Below are positions 38,772 through 51,597 of a DNA stretch of 64,000 nucleotides, piece after piece. Source of the stretch: Chiloscyllium plagiosum (Eukaryota); NCBI RefSeq assembly GCF_004010195.1, contig NC_057744.1, positions 4,754,657 through 4,818,656 on the forward strand. Direction: 5' to 3'. Position 1 is the first letter of the stretch, and every line of letters starts with the position of its first letter. The position numbers and the translations under genes are program-made. The notes beneath the pieces were generated by a model. That model searched no databases, was not told the origin of the DNA, and saw only the letters and a list, made by a program, of their open reading frames with translations.

Positions 38772-38981
38772 CGGTAAATATTGCGGATGTTTTTTCAGCA
38801 TGTGATCAAAAATAAAATAATAGCTAAACATTCCAAAGAGGAGGTAGATAGCAGCAGCTCCCAGATTTGTTACAACTAGGAGGCTGATTATCTGGCGAAC
38901 AGCATCATCCTCTGGCCAGGAACTGGGGTACACATACGGTGTGAAGAAGTAGTAGTCTGTATAATGTAATACAATATCCAT
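38772..38981 (-). CDS. SC5D: Lathosterol oxidase, first coding exon (exon begins 38989)
   Basis: tttacag|GTTATGCC-ATG; MDIVLHYTDYYFFTPYVYPSSWPEDDAVRQ...KKHPQYLP|gtatgt, 210 nt. Confidence 0.96.
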
Positions 38982-39134
38982 GGCATAACCTGTAAACCAA
39001 AAGAAGAGGTCTTAGTGATTCATGTATGAAAATTAATTCTCTGTGAACACTCAGCATTCTTCCCAACTCTTCATTTGCACTGACTCTGACAGGAAGAAGG
39101 TGGAGAAGTGCCTTAACTGAGATGCAAGTTTTAA

Positions 39135-39340
39135 AAAAAAAAATCACAACACCAGGTTATTGTCCAACAGGTTTATTTAGAAGCACTAGCTTTCGGAGCG
39201 CTGCTCCTTCACCACCACCTCATGAAAAAGCAGCACTACAAAAGCTAGTGCTTTCAAATAAACGTGTTCTACCATAACCCGGTGTTGTGTGATTTTTAAC
39301 ATTGTACACCCCATTCCAACACCAGCACCTCCAAATCATA
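39135..39340. mobile_element. Family B fold-back PLE, decayed
   Basis: aaaatcacaacaccaggttat...cactagctttcggagc / agctagtg...ggtgttgtgtgatttttaac inverted arms. Confidence 0.7.
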
Positions 39341-39672
39341 ATTGAGACATATAAGATAATCATGGAGGTTAGATAGGCTGAACAGTGAGAACCTTTGTCC
39401 TTGGACGGCGGTAACCAGCATCAGGGGACATAGCTTTAAATTGAGGGGTGATAGATATAGGACAGATTTCCTCAGAGACTAGTAGGGGCGTGAAACACAC
39501 TGCCTGCAACAGTAGTAGACTCACCAACTTTAAGGGCATTTAAATGGTCATTGGATAGGCATATGGACGAGAATAGAATATTGTAGATTAGATGGGCTTC
39601 AGATTGGTTCCACAGATTGGCACAACATCAAGGGCCGAAGAGCCTATACTGCGCTGTAATGTTCTGTGTTCT
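39341..39672 (+). mobile_element. CR1-like LINE 3' end, same subfamily as 17900-18250
   Basis: Near identity with 17900-18250 (catagctttaaattgaggggtgatagatataggaca...). Confidence 0.85.
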
Positions 39673-39832
39673 AAGAGATTCTGGTATTGCTCAACAATAA
39701 TGCTTATGTCATTCACTTTTACAAAAACATTAAATAAGCAAAAGAGAATTTCAAATCAGTCTGTTTAGTGATTGAGCACAAGAATTTAGACTGTCATTTC
39801 GAGGTGAGAGGTGCTACATAAACAGTTATCAC

Positions 39833-40560
39833 TAATAAAGTGCTGGATGTAGGTTTGCTTGCTGAGCTGGAAAGTTCATTTCCAAATGTTTCGTCACCCT
39901 ACTAGGTAACATCTTCAATGGGCCTCAGGTGAAGCAATGCTGATGATTCCTGCTTTCTATTCATATGTTTGGGTTGGTGATGTCATTTCCTGTGGTGATG
40001 TCACTTCGTTCTTTTTCTCAGGGGGTGGTAGATGGTGTCTAATCCGATATGTTTGTTGGTGGACTTCCGGTTGGAATGCCGTGCCTCTAGGAATTCTTGT
40101 GTGTGTCTTTGTTTGGTTGTCCTAGGATGGGTGTGTTTTCCCAGTCGAAGCGGTGTCCTTCCTCATCCGTATTTGAGGATACTAGTGAGAGGGGGTCATG
40201 CCGTTTTGTGGCTAGTTGGTGTTACTGTATCCTGGTGGCCAGTTTTTTCCCTGTTTATCCAATGTAGTGTTTGTTACAGTCCTTGCACGGTATTTTGTAA
40301 ATGACCTTAGTTTTGCTCGTTGCCTGTATAGTTCATTTCAAGTTCATTAGCTGCTGTTTTAGTGTGTTGGTGGATTTGTGGGCTACCATGATGTTAAGCA
40401 GTCTGAGTAGTCTGGCAGTCACTTCCGAGCTGTTTTTGTTGTAGGGAAGAGTGGCTAAGGTTTCCCAATGTGTTTTGTCTGCTTATTTGGGTTTGTTGCC
40501 GAGAAATCGGCGGACTGTGTTCATTGGGTACCCATTCTTTTTGAATACACGGTATAAGTG
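39833..40560 (-). mobile_element. Penelope-like element, family C: GIY-YIG endonuclease fragment and pseudo-LTR with hammerhead remnant
   Basis: Minus strand KVIYKIPCKDCNKHYIG*TGKKLATRIQ*HQLATKRHDPLSLVS..GHRFDW; CCCA-TTGAAGA-T-GTTACC-TAGTAG-GGTGAC-GAAAC-ATT-TGG at ~39882-39923. Confidence 0.85.
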
Positions 40561-42589
40561 ATTTTCCACTGCTCTGTGTAGTTCCTCTGTGCTGCAGTGT
40601 GTGTTGGCTCAATGAAATAATGTTCTGATGTTGAAACAATGTTCTGTTTGTTGCTGAGAAACAAGCAGACAAAATATGTCGGGACATCACTGTGCAGCAA
40701 CCTTTATCAAATAAAGGTTGACACCAAATAACACAAGAAGATATTAAGAGAGGTGTCCAAAAGCTGAACACAAACTCAAGTTTTATAGAACTTCATAAAA
40801 AAAAGAACAGAGAGGTGGAAAGACTCTAGGGATCTTAAGATCAAGATGGCTGAATAATGTCAACAGCATTAATCTGAAGATTTTAGGGATAGAGATTTTA
40901 AGGAGGGTGAGGCTTCAAGGATTGGAAACTAAAGAGAACTTTAAAATACATGCCTTGTTAAACCTGATACCCAACATATATCAGTGAGGATTAGGAATGG
41001 TAAATGGTTAGGACTAGGTCCTAATTCAGACGCAGGCAGAGTTTTGGGTAAGCTTAAGCTTATGAAGGATGGAGTGTGGGAAGTTAGCCAGGATGGAGTT
41101 CAAATCATAAGAGTTTGGTAATTCACAATATCAGAAACTCTTAAGTAGAGAAAATATGCTCAGAAATTACTGTAAGATATTCATTCACAAAATATTTAAA
41201 CTCTTCCATTAAATTCTACAAAGTAATGTTATTGAACAGGTATGACCCTAAAATAGAACACTGGATTCAGCCCGATAAATTGCTTAATTCCAAATAAAAT
41301 TATTTTGCATTAAAACATATGGAATGATGATAGCCACATTGAGGTTATCCAAATAAAAATATAAACCCAAGTTAAAACAACCCTAATATTTCATTTCTCA
41401 ATTATCTTAATTTTATTTTGAAAGAAAGTGAAAATCTGGAACATGCTTCATCTTTGTGGGAGCTTATATAAAGCTGACAACTGCGAAGCCACAATTAATC
41501 TGGCACACTGGATTTCACAGATATAAACCTCTTTACTGTTATAATCAAGATCGTAAACAGTAAACACAGATAAAGCAGCCGTGTAAACTTTTAGGCTGCC
41601 GCTTTCTTTCAGTGGTTTCATTCATTATATATATTAGATGGGACATCAACCACTGGCTCACATCTGCCCACAATTGTGGATGTAAGAGATTGAATGGCAC
41701 TACTTCAAAGAAGAGCAGGACACAGCTCTCCCCTGTGCCCTGGCCAATATTTATCCCCTAATTAGCCTCATAATAAAACAAACCTACCTGGTCATAATCC
41801 AATTGCTGTTTGTTGAGCTCACCATACACACATTGGTTTCAACACTTCCTAAAATTATAACAATGACTCCACTTCAGTAAAGTACTGTTGTCTGTAAAGC
41901 ATTTTGGAGTTTGTCCAGGGGTCATGCGTAGGACTGAACAAATGCAAGACATTTTATTTTTATTTTGGACTCTAACCAAATTGCTCAATTCGAGATCAAA
42001 TAAAAGCAAAATACTACGGTTGCTGAAAAACTCAAATAAAAGCAGTTCAAGCAAAATCTCTGGTCTTGCAGCATTCGTGGAGAGAGAACCAAAGTTAAAA
42101 TGAATCTATTGCCACAATCCACTTGGAAAAGTGCACCAATTCTTGAACCCCATTACTGCCAGATTCATAGCAAAAATTGATGATATAACCAGAGTATGTA
42201 AAGCCTCAGATTTACCAGTCTGATGGAATCAGGTGACCAGAAAACTGACCAGAATCCTGTACTTAATAAAAACAATTTGTTACAAGTAAATTCTAACCAT
42301 GAGTAAACAGTTATGACCATCAACATAGAATTCTACAACTAAAACTAACACTCCTTTTAAAACCACACACACACACACACACAATATGCTGGGGAAACAC
42401 AGTTCATTAGCACCAGTCCTCATTAGATGAGGTGTTTTTTTTAATTCCCAAAACCTTTGGTTCTCCAAAGTTCTTCATTCCAGATTCTCAGTTCTTTATC
42501 AAAGATACTGGGGATTTACTCATCAATTGTTCAGTTTCATAGGTCACTGGTCAGAGTCAACAGCTTATTAAATATTGAGTTAGGCCCCA

Positions 42590-42815
42590 TATACCACCAC
42601 CTGAGAAAAAGATCAGGAAATGACATCACCAACCCAAAAAACCCAAACATATAATTAGAAAGCTGGCATCATCAGCAGTGCTTCGCCCTAAGGCCCACTG
42701 AAGATGTTACCTAGTAGAGTGACAAAATGTCTGGAAATGAATCTTCCAGCACAGCGATCAAATCTAAATCCAGAACCTCAACCTGAACCTGAACTACAAA
42801 TCTTCTCAAAACTCC
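42590..42815 (+). mobile_element. Family C PLE pseudo-LTR with hammerhead remnant
   Basis: CCCA-CTGAAGA-T-GTTACC-TAGTAG-AGTGAC-AAAAT-GTC-TGG at ~42693-42734; reverse-complement match to 39840-40040. Confidence 0.75.
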
Positions 42816-43284
42816 CTAAGACCTTTTGCCACTATTGAAAGTTGATAAGAAAATTTCTATGTCAGTACAAACCTCTAAAACAGGTGAAACTTGAATCCAG
42901 GTATCCTCATTCAGAGGTAGGGACACTACCGCTGCACCATTCACCCACATAAGCTACTCAGCTGTCTGCGAATTAGATTGTTGTTATCAGGCTGATGACC
43001 TTTGGGTTTTACATATGATCAAAAACTGCACCAACAATCAACACCCAAATGCTCACTGATCTCGCTCTGTACATACCCTGGTGTGATACTGTCTTATCTC
43101 ATCTCCCCAACTGCTTGCAAAGCAATACTGTAAACATAACTCATAAGCTCCATAACTTGTTTTCAAAAATGCAGCTATTCCTTCTGCATTCCTTGGTTTA
43201 ACAAAAGTCCTTTTTAATTTTAGACCAGAGTCAAAAATACAGAAATAAAAAACAGTTGCAGTCTTTATGTTAATACACTTCAGT

Positions 43285-43530
43285 TCTGAAGGAGGATCAT
43301 TGAAATTGCTGGAAAAGCTCAGCAGGTCTGGCAGCATCTGTGGACAGAAATCAGAATGAATGTTTCAGGCTGAGTGACTCTTCCTCAGGACAGAGTTGAG
43401 GAAGGCTCACTCAAACTGAAACGTTAACTCTGACTTCTCTCCACAGATGCTGCCAGACTTGCTGAGCTTTTCCAACAATTTCTGTTTTTGACTAGGATTT
43501 ACAGCATCTGCAGTTCTTTCAGTTTTTTTT
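43285..43530. mobile_element. Family D fold-back repeat with hammerhead-like remnant
   Basis: gctggaaaagctcagcaggtctggcagcatctgtgga / tccacagatgctgccagacttgctgagcttttcca arms; GAGGAAGGCTCACTCAAACTGAAACGTTAAC. Related copies at ~23835-24010, 52325-52420 and 63875-64000. Confidence 0.6.
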
Positions 43531-43981
43531 TTGCAGAGTGAAGGTGGGGAGGGGGGCAAGGAGGAGTGATTGAGTTGGGTGGTGGTGGTAGGGAGGAACA
43601 TTAATTCCCCAGGGGCTGAGCTCATGATTTGGGAGCCAGCTGCTTGTGAATGGTGGTCCAGAGCAACCATCTTTGCAGAGGGTCAGATGTTACACCCACT
43701 GCAGCACTGAGGGGGTGCAGCACTGCCAGAGGTGCTAACGCCTGGGTCAGAACTTAAAACCCTTGCACTTGAATGCAAAGGTTTTTGTTAATCCAGAATC
43801 CAATCTGGCTGTGCAACCTTCAACAGGAAACTGGAGGGATGGAGTGGGGAAGAGATGCCTCCTTGTCAGGTATCCCCGGGCTTGGTCAGTTAACCCTCTC
43901 CTAACCCTGGTACCCCACTCTCTCTGACCCCCAATGCCCGTGTCCCCAGCCGGTCATTAAGGCCTCCCCGGGTCCGGTTAC

Positions 43982-44100
43982 CCCGCTCCTACCTGCTGCC
44001 CGATCCTCCAGGGAGGCACGGGGATGTTAAAGCGCCGCTCTCTCTCTCTCTCTCTCAGGCCACTCCGCCAGTCGGTTGCTAAGGCAACGCGCAGGCCTCG
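43982..44100 (-). other. SC5D: Candidate non-coding exon 1 of SC5D
   Basis: CpG-rich, with two possible donors: CAG|gtagga (43993/43992) and GGG|gtaacc (43982/43981). The ATG exon has an acceptor. TSS not determined. Confidence 0.55.
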
Positions 44101-44345
44101 CCGCCCCAGAATGTGAGTGACAGCAGGATTCAGCCATTCGGGGCTCGCAGCCTCCACATCGATTGGACCGTCTGCCTGTCCGTGACGCCTGATGTCACAA
44201 GCTAGACCAATGAAGCGAAGAGATGGCAAGGGCGGTACTTGCGTTCTAACCATTCATGTGGGAATGGGCGGGGCTTAGGGCTCGCCCGACTGATCACCTC
44301 CTTGGTTCCGATTGGCTGTTGTGTGGCCTGATGGTAACGTCACTG
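44070..44345. promoter_or_regulatory. SC5D CpG-rich promoter with NF-Y, Sp1, CRE-like, SRE-like and RFX motifs
   Basis: CCAAT boxes at ~44162, ~44207 and ~44311; GGGCGGGGC 44266-44274; TAACGTCA ~44335; SRE-like ATCACCTCCT ~44294 and ATCAGGCCAC (minus, ~44323-44332); X-box GTTGCTAAGGCAAC 44075-44088. Confidence 0.7.
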
Positions 44346-44366
44346 CTAGAACCATCAGATGTTCTC

Positions 44367-45890
44367 TTTTAGAGAGGCAGATCCCCGGGATTTAAAGGGG
44401 CAGATCCCTGGGATTTAAAGGGGCAGATCCCTGGGATTTAAAGGGGCAGATCGCTGGGATTTAAAGGGGCAGACTCCTGGGATTTAAAGGGGCAGATCCC
44501 TGGGATTTAAAGGGGCAGATCTCTGGGATTTAAAGAGGCAGACACCTGGGATTTAAAGAGGCAGATCCCTGGGATTTAAAGGGGCAGGTCTCTGGGATTT
44601 AAAGATGCAGACACCTGGGATTTAAAGAGGCAGATCTCTGGGATTTAAAGGGGCAGATCTCTGGGATTTAAAGGGGCAGACCCCTGGGATTTAAAGGGGC
44701 AGATCTCTGGGATTTAAAGAGGCAGACACCTGGGATTTAAAGAGGCAGATCTCTGGGATTTAAAGGGGCAGATCGCTGGGATTTAAATGGGGCAGATCTC
44801 TGGGATTTAAAGGGGCAGATCACTGGGATTTGAAGGGGCAGACACCTGGGATTGAAAGAGGCAGATCCCTGGGATTTAAAGGGGCAGATCTCTGGGATTT
44901 AAAGGGGCAGATGGCCGGGATTTAAAGGGGCAGATCGCTGGGATTTAAACGGGCAGACTCCTGAGATTTAAAGAGGCAGATCTCTGGGATTTAAAGGGGC
45001 AGATCTCTGGGATCTAAATGGGCAGACTCCTGGGATTTAAAGAGGCAGATCTCTGGGATTTAAAAGGGCAGATTGCTAGGATTTAATTGGGGCAGATCTC
45101 TGGGATTTAAAGGGGCAGACCCCTGGGATTGAAAGGGGCAGACACCTGGGATTTAAAGGGGCAGATCGCTGGGATTTAAAGGGGCATTCTCTTGCGATGG
45201 AAAGGGGCAGATCTCTGGGATTTAAAGGGGCAGACATCTGGGATTGAAAGGGGCAGATCGCTGGGATTTAAAGGGGCAGATCGCTGGGATTTAGAGGGGC
45301 AGACCCCTGGGATTTAAAGGGGCAGATCCCTGGGATTTAAAGGGTCAGTTCGCTGGGATTTAAAGGGGCAGACTCCTGGGATGTAAAGGGGCAGATTGAT
45401 GGGATTTAAAGGGGCAGACTCCTGGGATTTAAAGGGGCAGTCTCCTGGGATAAACGGGGCAGTCTCCTGGGATTTAACGGGGCAGATCTCTGGGATTTAA
45501 TGGGCAGATCGCTGGGATTTAAAGGGGCAGATCTCTGGGATTTAAAGGGGCAGTATCGCTAGGCTTTAAAGAGGCAAACCCATTGGATTTAAAGGGGCAG
45601 TAACTCTTGGATTTAAAGGGATAGATCCCTGAGATTTACAGGGGCAATAACCCTGGGATTTTAAGGTAATTTAAAGGGGCAGTACCCCAGGGATTAAAGG
45701 AACAGATCTCTGGAATTTAAAGGGACAGTCAACCTGTAATTTAAAGGGACAATAACTCTTGATTTAAAGTGTCAGTAACTCTCGGATTTAAAGGGGCAGT
45801 AACCCTAGGATTTACAGCGGCAGTAATACTGTGATTCAAAGGGGCAGTAACCCTATCATTTAAAGGGGTAGCAATTCTGGGATTTAAAGG
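44367..45890 (+). repeat. 23-bp minisatellite, ~65 copies
   Basis: Unit gggatttaaaggggcagatccct with a variable last 5 nt; degenerates toward the right end. Confidence 0.97.
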
Positions 45891-45902
45891 AGAAACAATA
45901 CT

Positions 45903-46222
45903 GGGCGGCACGGTGGCACAGTGGTTAGCACTGTTGCCTCACAGCGCCTGAGACCCGGGTTCATTTCCCGCCTCAGGCGACTGACTGTGTGGAGTTTGCA
46001 CGTTCTCCCCGTGTCTGCGTGGGTTTCCTCCGGGTGTTCCGGTTCCCTCCCACCATCCAAAAGATGTGCAGGGTCAGGTGAATTGGCCATGCTAAATTGC
46101 CCGTAGTGTTAGGTAAGGGGTAAATGTAGGGGTATGGGTGGGTTTCGCTTCGGCGGGTCGGTGTGGACTTGTTGGGCCGAAGGGCCTGTTTCTACACTGT
46201 AATGTAATCTAATCTAAAAAAA
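45903..46222 (+). mobile_element. Full-length, CpG-retaining HE1-like SINE
   Basis: gggcggcacggtggcacagtggttagcac...gggttcatttcccg...taatctaatctaaaaaa, with a short aatactgg duplication at both junctions. Confidence 0.9.
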
Positions 46223-47104
46223 TACTGGCATTTAATGGGGCATCAATACTGACAGCTACTGAGCATGTGCATGGGTGTTATGTCAGATTATTGTTACAAG
46301 AGGATGGAATAGGAGAGTGTAGGATCTCAGTCCGATTCTCTCCAACTTTCTATAATGTATTGTGTTTAATGTTAATGTTTAGTTAGTACAGTCTAGTCCC
46401 ACTTTCCAGCTCTTGATCCACAGCACTTCATAGGTGTAATCCAACCACTTCTTAAATATTCTCAGTGCCTCTGCCTCTACTGTTCTTTCAGACTGCATGT
46501 TTCAGCTCTGTTCTGTGTGAAATCAAATCCCTTCTAAACCTCCCATCTTGTACTCTAGTCTACTGATATCATTCAGTTATGGAAACCACAACTCTGGGGT
46601 TCTAATGGGCTACAATAATGTGAATGACCATTAGATAATAGCAGACCATCTGTCTGTTACACTTCCACAAAATGAAAATGACCAGGAATCTCTGGGGAAT
46701 GAGCAATTGATTTTGAATGGTATGCTCAAGGCCTTACTTGACATGTAGGTGCCAGAGGAACTGAAGTGCGTAGTTATGATCAGGGAAAACATGCTTTGAC
46801 TTATTAAATTTCCTTTGAGTTAATCATTATAGTTTTCACCATTAACAAAAGGAGTACTTGTTGACACTTAACTGTTGATGATAATTTTTACTTTAGTTGA
46901 TTATTCAAATGAAAAATTTAAAATGACAGTAACCCTGGAAATTAAGTGGACTGCAATCTTTGAAATTAACGAATAGACTGCATCTAAAGAGCATTTCTAA
47001 AATAGTAAAATGCATCAAGGCAGTTAATGAAAGCAATAATCAAACAAAATTTCTTGCCACCAAGAACACCTAAGGCAGGTGACCAAATGTTTGGTTAGAA
47101 AGCT

Positions 47105-47550
47105 AGAAGTCACACAACACCAGGTTATAGTCCTGAAAATGTGTTGCTGGAAAAGCGCAGCAGGTCAGGCAGCATCCAGGGAACAGGAGAATCGACGTTT
47201 CGGGCATAAGCCCTTCTTCAGGAATCTTCAGGAATGAAGAAGGGCTTATGCCCGAAACGTCGATTCTCCTGTTCCCTGGATGCTGCCTGACCAGCTGTGC
47301 TTTTCCAGCAACACATTTTCAGCTCTGATCTCCAGCATCTGCAGACCTCACTTTCTCCACCAGGTTATAGTCCAACAGGTTTATTTGAAATCATGAGCTT
47401 TCAGAGCACTGCTCCTTTGTCAGGTGACTTCATCTGATGAAGGAACAGCACCCTGAAAGCTTGTGATTTCAAATAAACCTGTTGGATTATAACCTGGTGT
47501 TGTGTGACTTCTGGCTTTGTCTATCCCATTCCAACATCAGCACCTCCTCA
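47105..47550. mobile_element. Family B fold-back PLE interrupted by a family A fold-back PLE (47134-47357)
   Basis: 16-bp TSD caccaggttatagtcc at 47118-47133 and 47358-47373. Confidence 0.85.
47190..47225 (-). ncRNA. Minimal type I hammerhead ribozyme motif (family A)
   Basis: Minus strand ATTC-CTGAAGA-A-GGGC-TTAT-GCCC-GAAAC-GTC-GATT. Confidence 0.7.
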
Positions 47551-48590
47551 CCTTGGTCAGAAAGGTAATGTTTAAGGAGAAAGGAGAGAAAAATGGGAGA
47601 GAGCTTTAGGAAGGGAATTCCAGAACTTAGGACATGGTTGTTGAAGACACAAGTGCCAGTGGTGAATCAATTAAACTAGGAATGCTCAAGTGGAAAGCAG
47701 ACAGTTTGGTGGTTTGTGCAGCTGGTGGAGATTCCAGAAATAGGGAGAAGCAAGACCACAAAAGGATTAGAAACAAAGCAGTAGAATTTAAAAATTGCAA
47801 CATTGCTTAATTGTGAGCCAGTGTATGGTAACAGAATTGTGGATGACCTCAATTTTATGAAGGCAGGAAAATATAAAATGGGTAGCAAAGTTAAATGTAT
47901 CACCCATCATTGTGCATTAAACTTTAGAGAAGCTATCCTCTCAATGTGTAGTTCATATCCAGGGATCATGATGGAGGAAACTCACAGTAAATCATTTCTG
48001 GAGAAAGCTGCTTGACTAAATATTGCCTGTGTAATTGAGTTCTGGAAATAATAGCAATTGCTGTAAATACTCAATAGGTTAAGCAGCATCTGTGGTGTGA
48101 GAAACAGAGTTCATTTTAGGTCAATTACTTTTCATCAGAACACATCTGTCTCTCACTTTGTTACTTTTTTTCTCTTCAAATTTCCGTCACCTGGAGTATT
48201 TTGCCATCTGGAGCAATGACAGAGGACATCAGCTGATCAACATGAACATTCTGTGAGTGTGGCTGTATCAGTTTAAACATCAATGTGAATTCTGATCAAT
48301 GTCAATCCAATATTTATGACCCTGAAATCATGTCTTGTCAGCTAATATGTTCCTGATTAAGGAACTGGCAAGTTTGAAATTAGTAATTAATCAGTTAAAG
48401 TCGGTCATTGTTCCCTAATACTGTATTAGCTCCATTTATAAAGCAGTAACATTTCTGTTCTGCTTATTCCATTAATGCTGATGTTCAGGTTTGTCAGATG
48501 TGGTGCAGATGATGAACTATTTCAATGTACATGAATAATTGCTGGAATAATACAAATATGATGCCTTGTATCGTGTGTGCTGACTGATTA

Positions 48591-49220
48591 CGTTATATGT
48601 TTAGTGTGTGATGGTATGTGCCTTTAAGAAGGATTTGATCTGTCCTGTTTCTCTTGAAGTGGGGTGTTGTAAAACTGTTGAAATGGTTTCTGCTCCATGG
48701 AAACCAAAATCAATTTTTAAGAAAATTATACAAATGAAGCACAGGTGATGGAGTCAGGTTCACGCAATCTCAGGGTCTTAGTTTTTGCTTTCAGTTGATG
48801 AAGTTGGAGTTTTGGAGTTAAAGCTGCTAGATACAGCTCTCTCTCTCTCAGCTGCTAGATTAATTCTGTTGGTGTTCCTTCTCCTGGACTGGAAGGGATA
48901 ACAAGTGAGGGAAATCTGTTTTACTGAATTTGTCCTTGCCAAGCAAATGTTTATGGGATGCTGCTATATTAGGATAGATGATGAGTAGCAGCTGAATAAT
49001 ATGTTACTCATTAAGTCTTTGAATAGCGTAAAAAAATGCCAATTTTTTTGTTTGTAATTTAATTTTAGTGTAAGAGTAAAGTGTGTTTTGCTTAAAGCCA
49101 AATAGTGTGACCAATCAAATCATATCTGGAACACAGCACTTTACACTTGCCTTTGAATAAAACTTAGAGTCTAGGCTATCGACTTAATATATTTTGAGGG
49201 GTTTGTTGTAGTCTATAACA
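48591..49220 (+). mobile_element. Putative solo LTR (~630 bp)
   Basis: Ends cgttata...tataaca (inverted termini, 1 mismatch); AATAAA ~49156; 3' end resembles the reverse complement of 59357-59400. Confidence 0.45.
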
Positions 49221-51597
49221 AGTGTCTCAGAAAATGCTCATACTATTGAGATAGGAATGCTATGTTACTCTGGTTAAATAAGATTCAGTAGTGGTTATTC
49301 ATAATCAAAGCTCTTCTGACCATTGTCCACATTAATGAAGTTTAAAATGTACAAACAGTTAATAGGCAATTTATTTGTTGAAACTGTTCCACAATTTTTA
49401 TATGGTTTCTGATTTTAAATGCTGAGTTCCTAATTTCACTCACATGAAATATTTTTAAAAGTTAATTTTGCACTGGCTAAGTTTTTACTGGACATAAGTG
49501 GGTACTGTAGATGCTGGAGATTAGAGTCAGGATTAGAGTGTGCTGGAAAAGCACAGCAGGTCAGGCAGCGTCCGAGGAGCAGGAAAATTGATGTTTCAGG
49601 CAAAAGCCCTTCATCAGTAATGATCAGGATAAAATCAGGGAGATTTTACTGGAGTTGATCCAATAACAAAAAAAACCTGAAATTACCTGCTTTAGTGAAC
49701 TGAATTACCTAAAGTGATTTCATAGCAGCACATTGAGAACTGAATCTGGCCACTTCACCACTGAGGCTATTCAATTCAATGTTTTTGTTAAGAGAATACT
49801 TGTTTTAATGGACATGATCTCTATGTACTATCTGTGCAGTGAATTGTTTTAATGTGCTGCCATAGTTATAGTATAAGCAAATGTGGTAGTTGTTGTCACA
49901 GGCTTATGGGACACCAGTCTTCGATTTACTCTGTCTTTAGTGAACTGGGGTAAAGGTGGATACCTGCAGTGTGGGCCTCAGGGTAGAAGTCACATGACTA
50001 ATGAAAGCTAGGAGACACATTTTACAGTATTGCATTTCTATCCCAAACATGCTCCTTTTAATGCAGTTTAATTCCAGGCATCATCATTTGTACTGAGTTA
50101 CCCAAGATGCCCATAACACTGCTCTATCAAGGTGCCAATTACTCTGTTCATGTCATAAAGTGACCACTTGGGCCGACTCTTGTTCAGGACATTTAAGGTT
50201 TGTCCCCTGACTGACTCTCCAATATCTCAACTCTGGCAATTGTTTGGCAGTTTTGTCAAAATGGAATGTGGTATTTCAACATTTCATCTTGATTTTATCA
50301 CACAAGGAATTTAAAAGATGTGAGTTGCCCAGGCAGTTGAACATGATTGTTGAGAGGGGAAGAAAATTGGGGATGCTCAAGAGACCAGAATTAAAGGAGA
50401 GTGCTTAACTTAGAGGATGCGAGGTTGCAGGAAATAGGAAATAAAGAGGGGTGGGGCCATAGCATTTAAAAATAAAGGTGATTATTTGAATTGATTCGAG
50501 GTGTTGCTTAGCCAGGAACCAATGTAGGTCAACATCAATAATAATGGGACAAATTAGGGAAGTGACATAAGCATTATCTCTTCTTCTGGTTTCTGATATA
50601 ATTTAAACTTCTTGAGTATGCTCATTAACACAACCTAATGATGGTGAAATCTGAAGCTTGTGGGTTCAAGCAACACTCTAGGGACTTGATCAATCTCAGT
50701 TGGTACTTCAGCATTTGCATAACATACATTTAGTCCCTCACATCTGTTCCACCATCTATGTGGTTTGTGGCTTATTTGAACCTAAATTCCATTCACTCAT
50801 TTTGATTCCATTTCTCTTGACACTCTTGGTGAACAAAAATTAGTCAATCTTGGTCTTGAACACTTCAGTTGACCTACAACATCAAAATGTATAGTCACCA
50901 CAGGCTTATCAGACATTAGAGGTGCCCTCTCATTACAGAAGGATGACTGGTAGTGGTTTAACCTGAGGGTCACCATATCTCAGGTAAAGAGTGAGAAGGA
51001 CAGTCCTTCACAGTAACCTCACCTGGTGTATGAATTGAACCCACTCTGCACCACAAGTTGGCCATTTAGCCAACTGAGCTAATGAACCCCTTTCTACAGT
51101 TTTTACAGTCTGGTTGGACAGAGTACATCCCATATTTTCACTCACCATTGTGTGAAGAGGTGTTTCTCAATTTCATTCTGAGATCATTAATTGGTAATTT
51201 CAAATAAACCTGTTGGACTATAACCTGGTGTTGTGTGACCTCACGCTTTCAAGCAACAACTTCTACGTCAAATCCTGGTAAGGTGCATTTAATCTTGAAT
51301 CCTTTAAATATTTAAAGAAAAGTATGCTTATAAAGAAACTTTCATACATCAGGACATCTCAATGAAATTTACAGCAATTAAGTTCTTTTGAAGTTTAATC
51401 TTTGTTTTAATGCATGAAACACATGAATACAACTACACATAGCAAGATCCCACAAATGGCAATGTGATAATGATCAAATAAGTTTAAGTAATGTCGATTG
51501 AGGATGAGTATTGTTCCAGGACACGGGAAGAATTTCCCTTCTCTTCAAAATTAATACCATGGAATCACTTATATCCACCTAAGAGGGCAATGGACCT

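Noticed and set aside
44367-45890. Constant repeat with a variable insert, superficially like a CRISPR array
   Set aside because: The variable part is only ~5 nt, drawn from a few related variants; there are no unique spacers or cas genes, and the context is vertebrate.
45903-45975. tRNA-like sequence with A and B boxes
   Set aside because: It is the head of a multi-copy SINE, not a tRNA gene.
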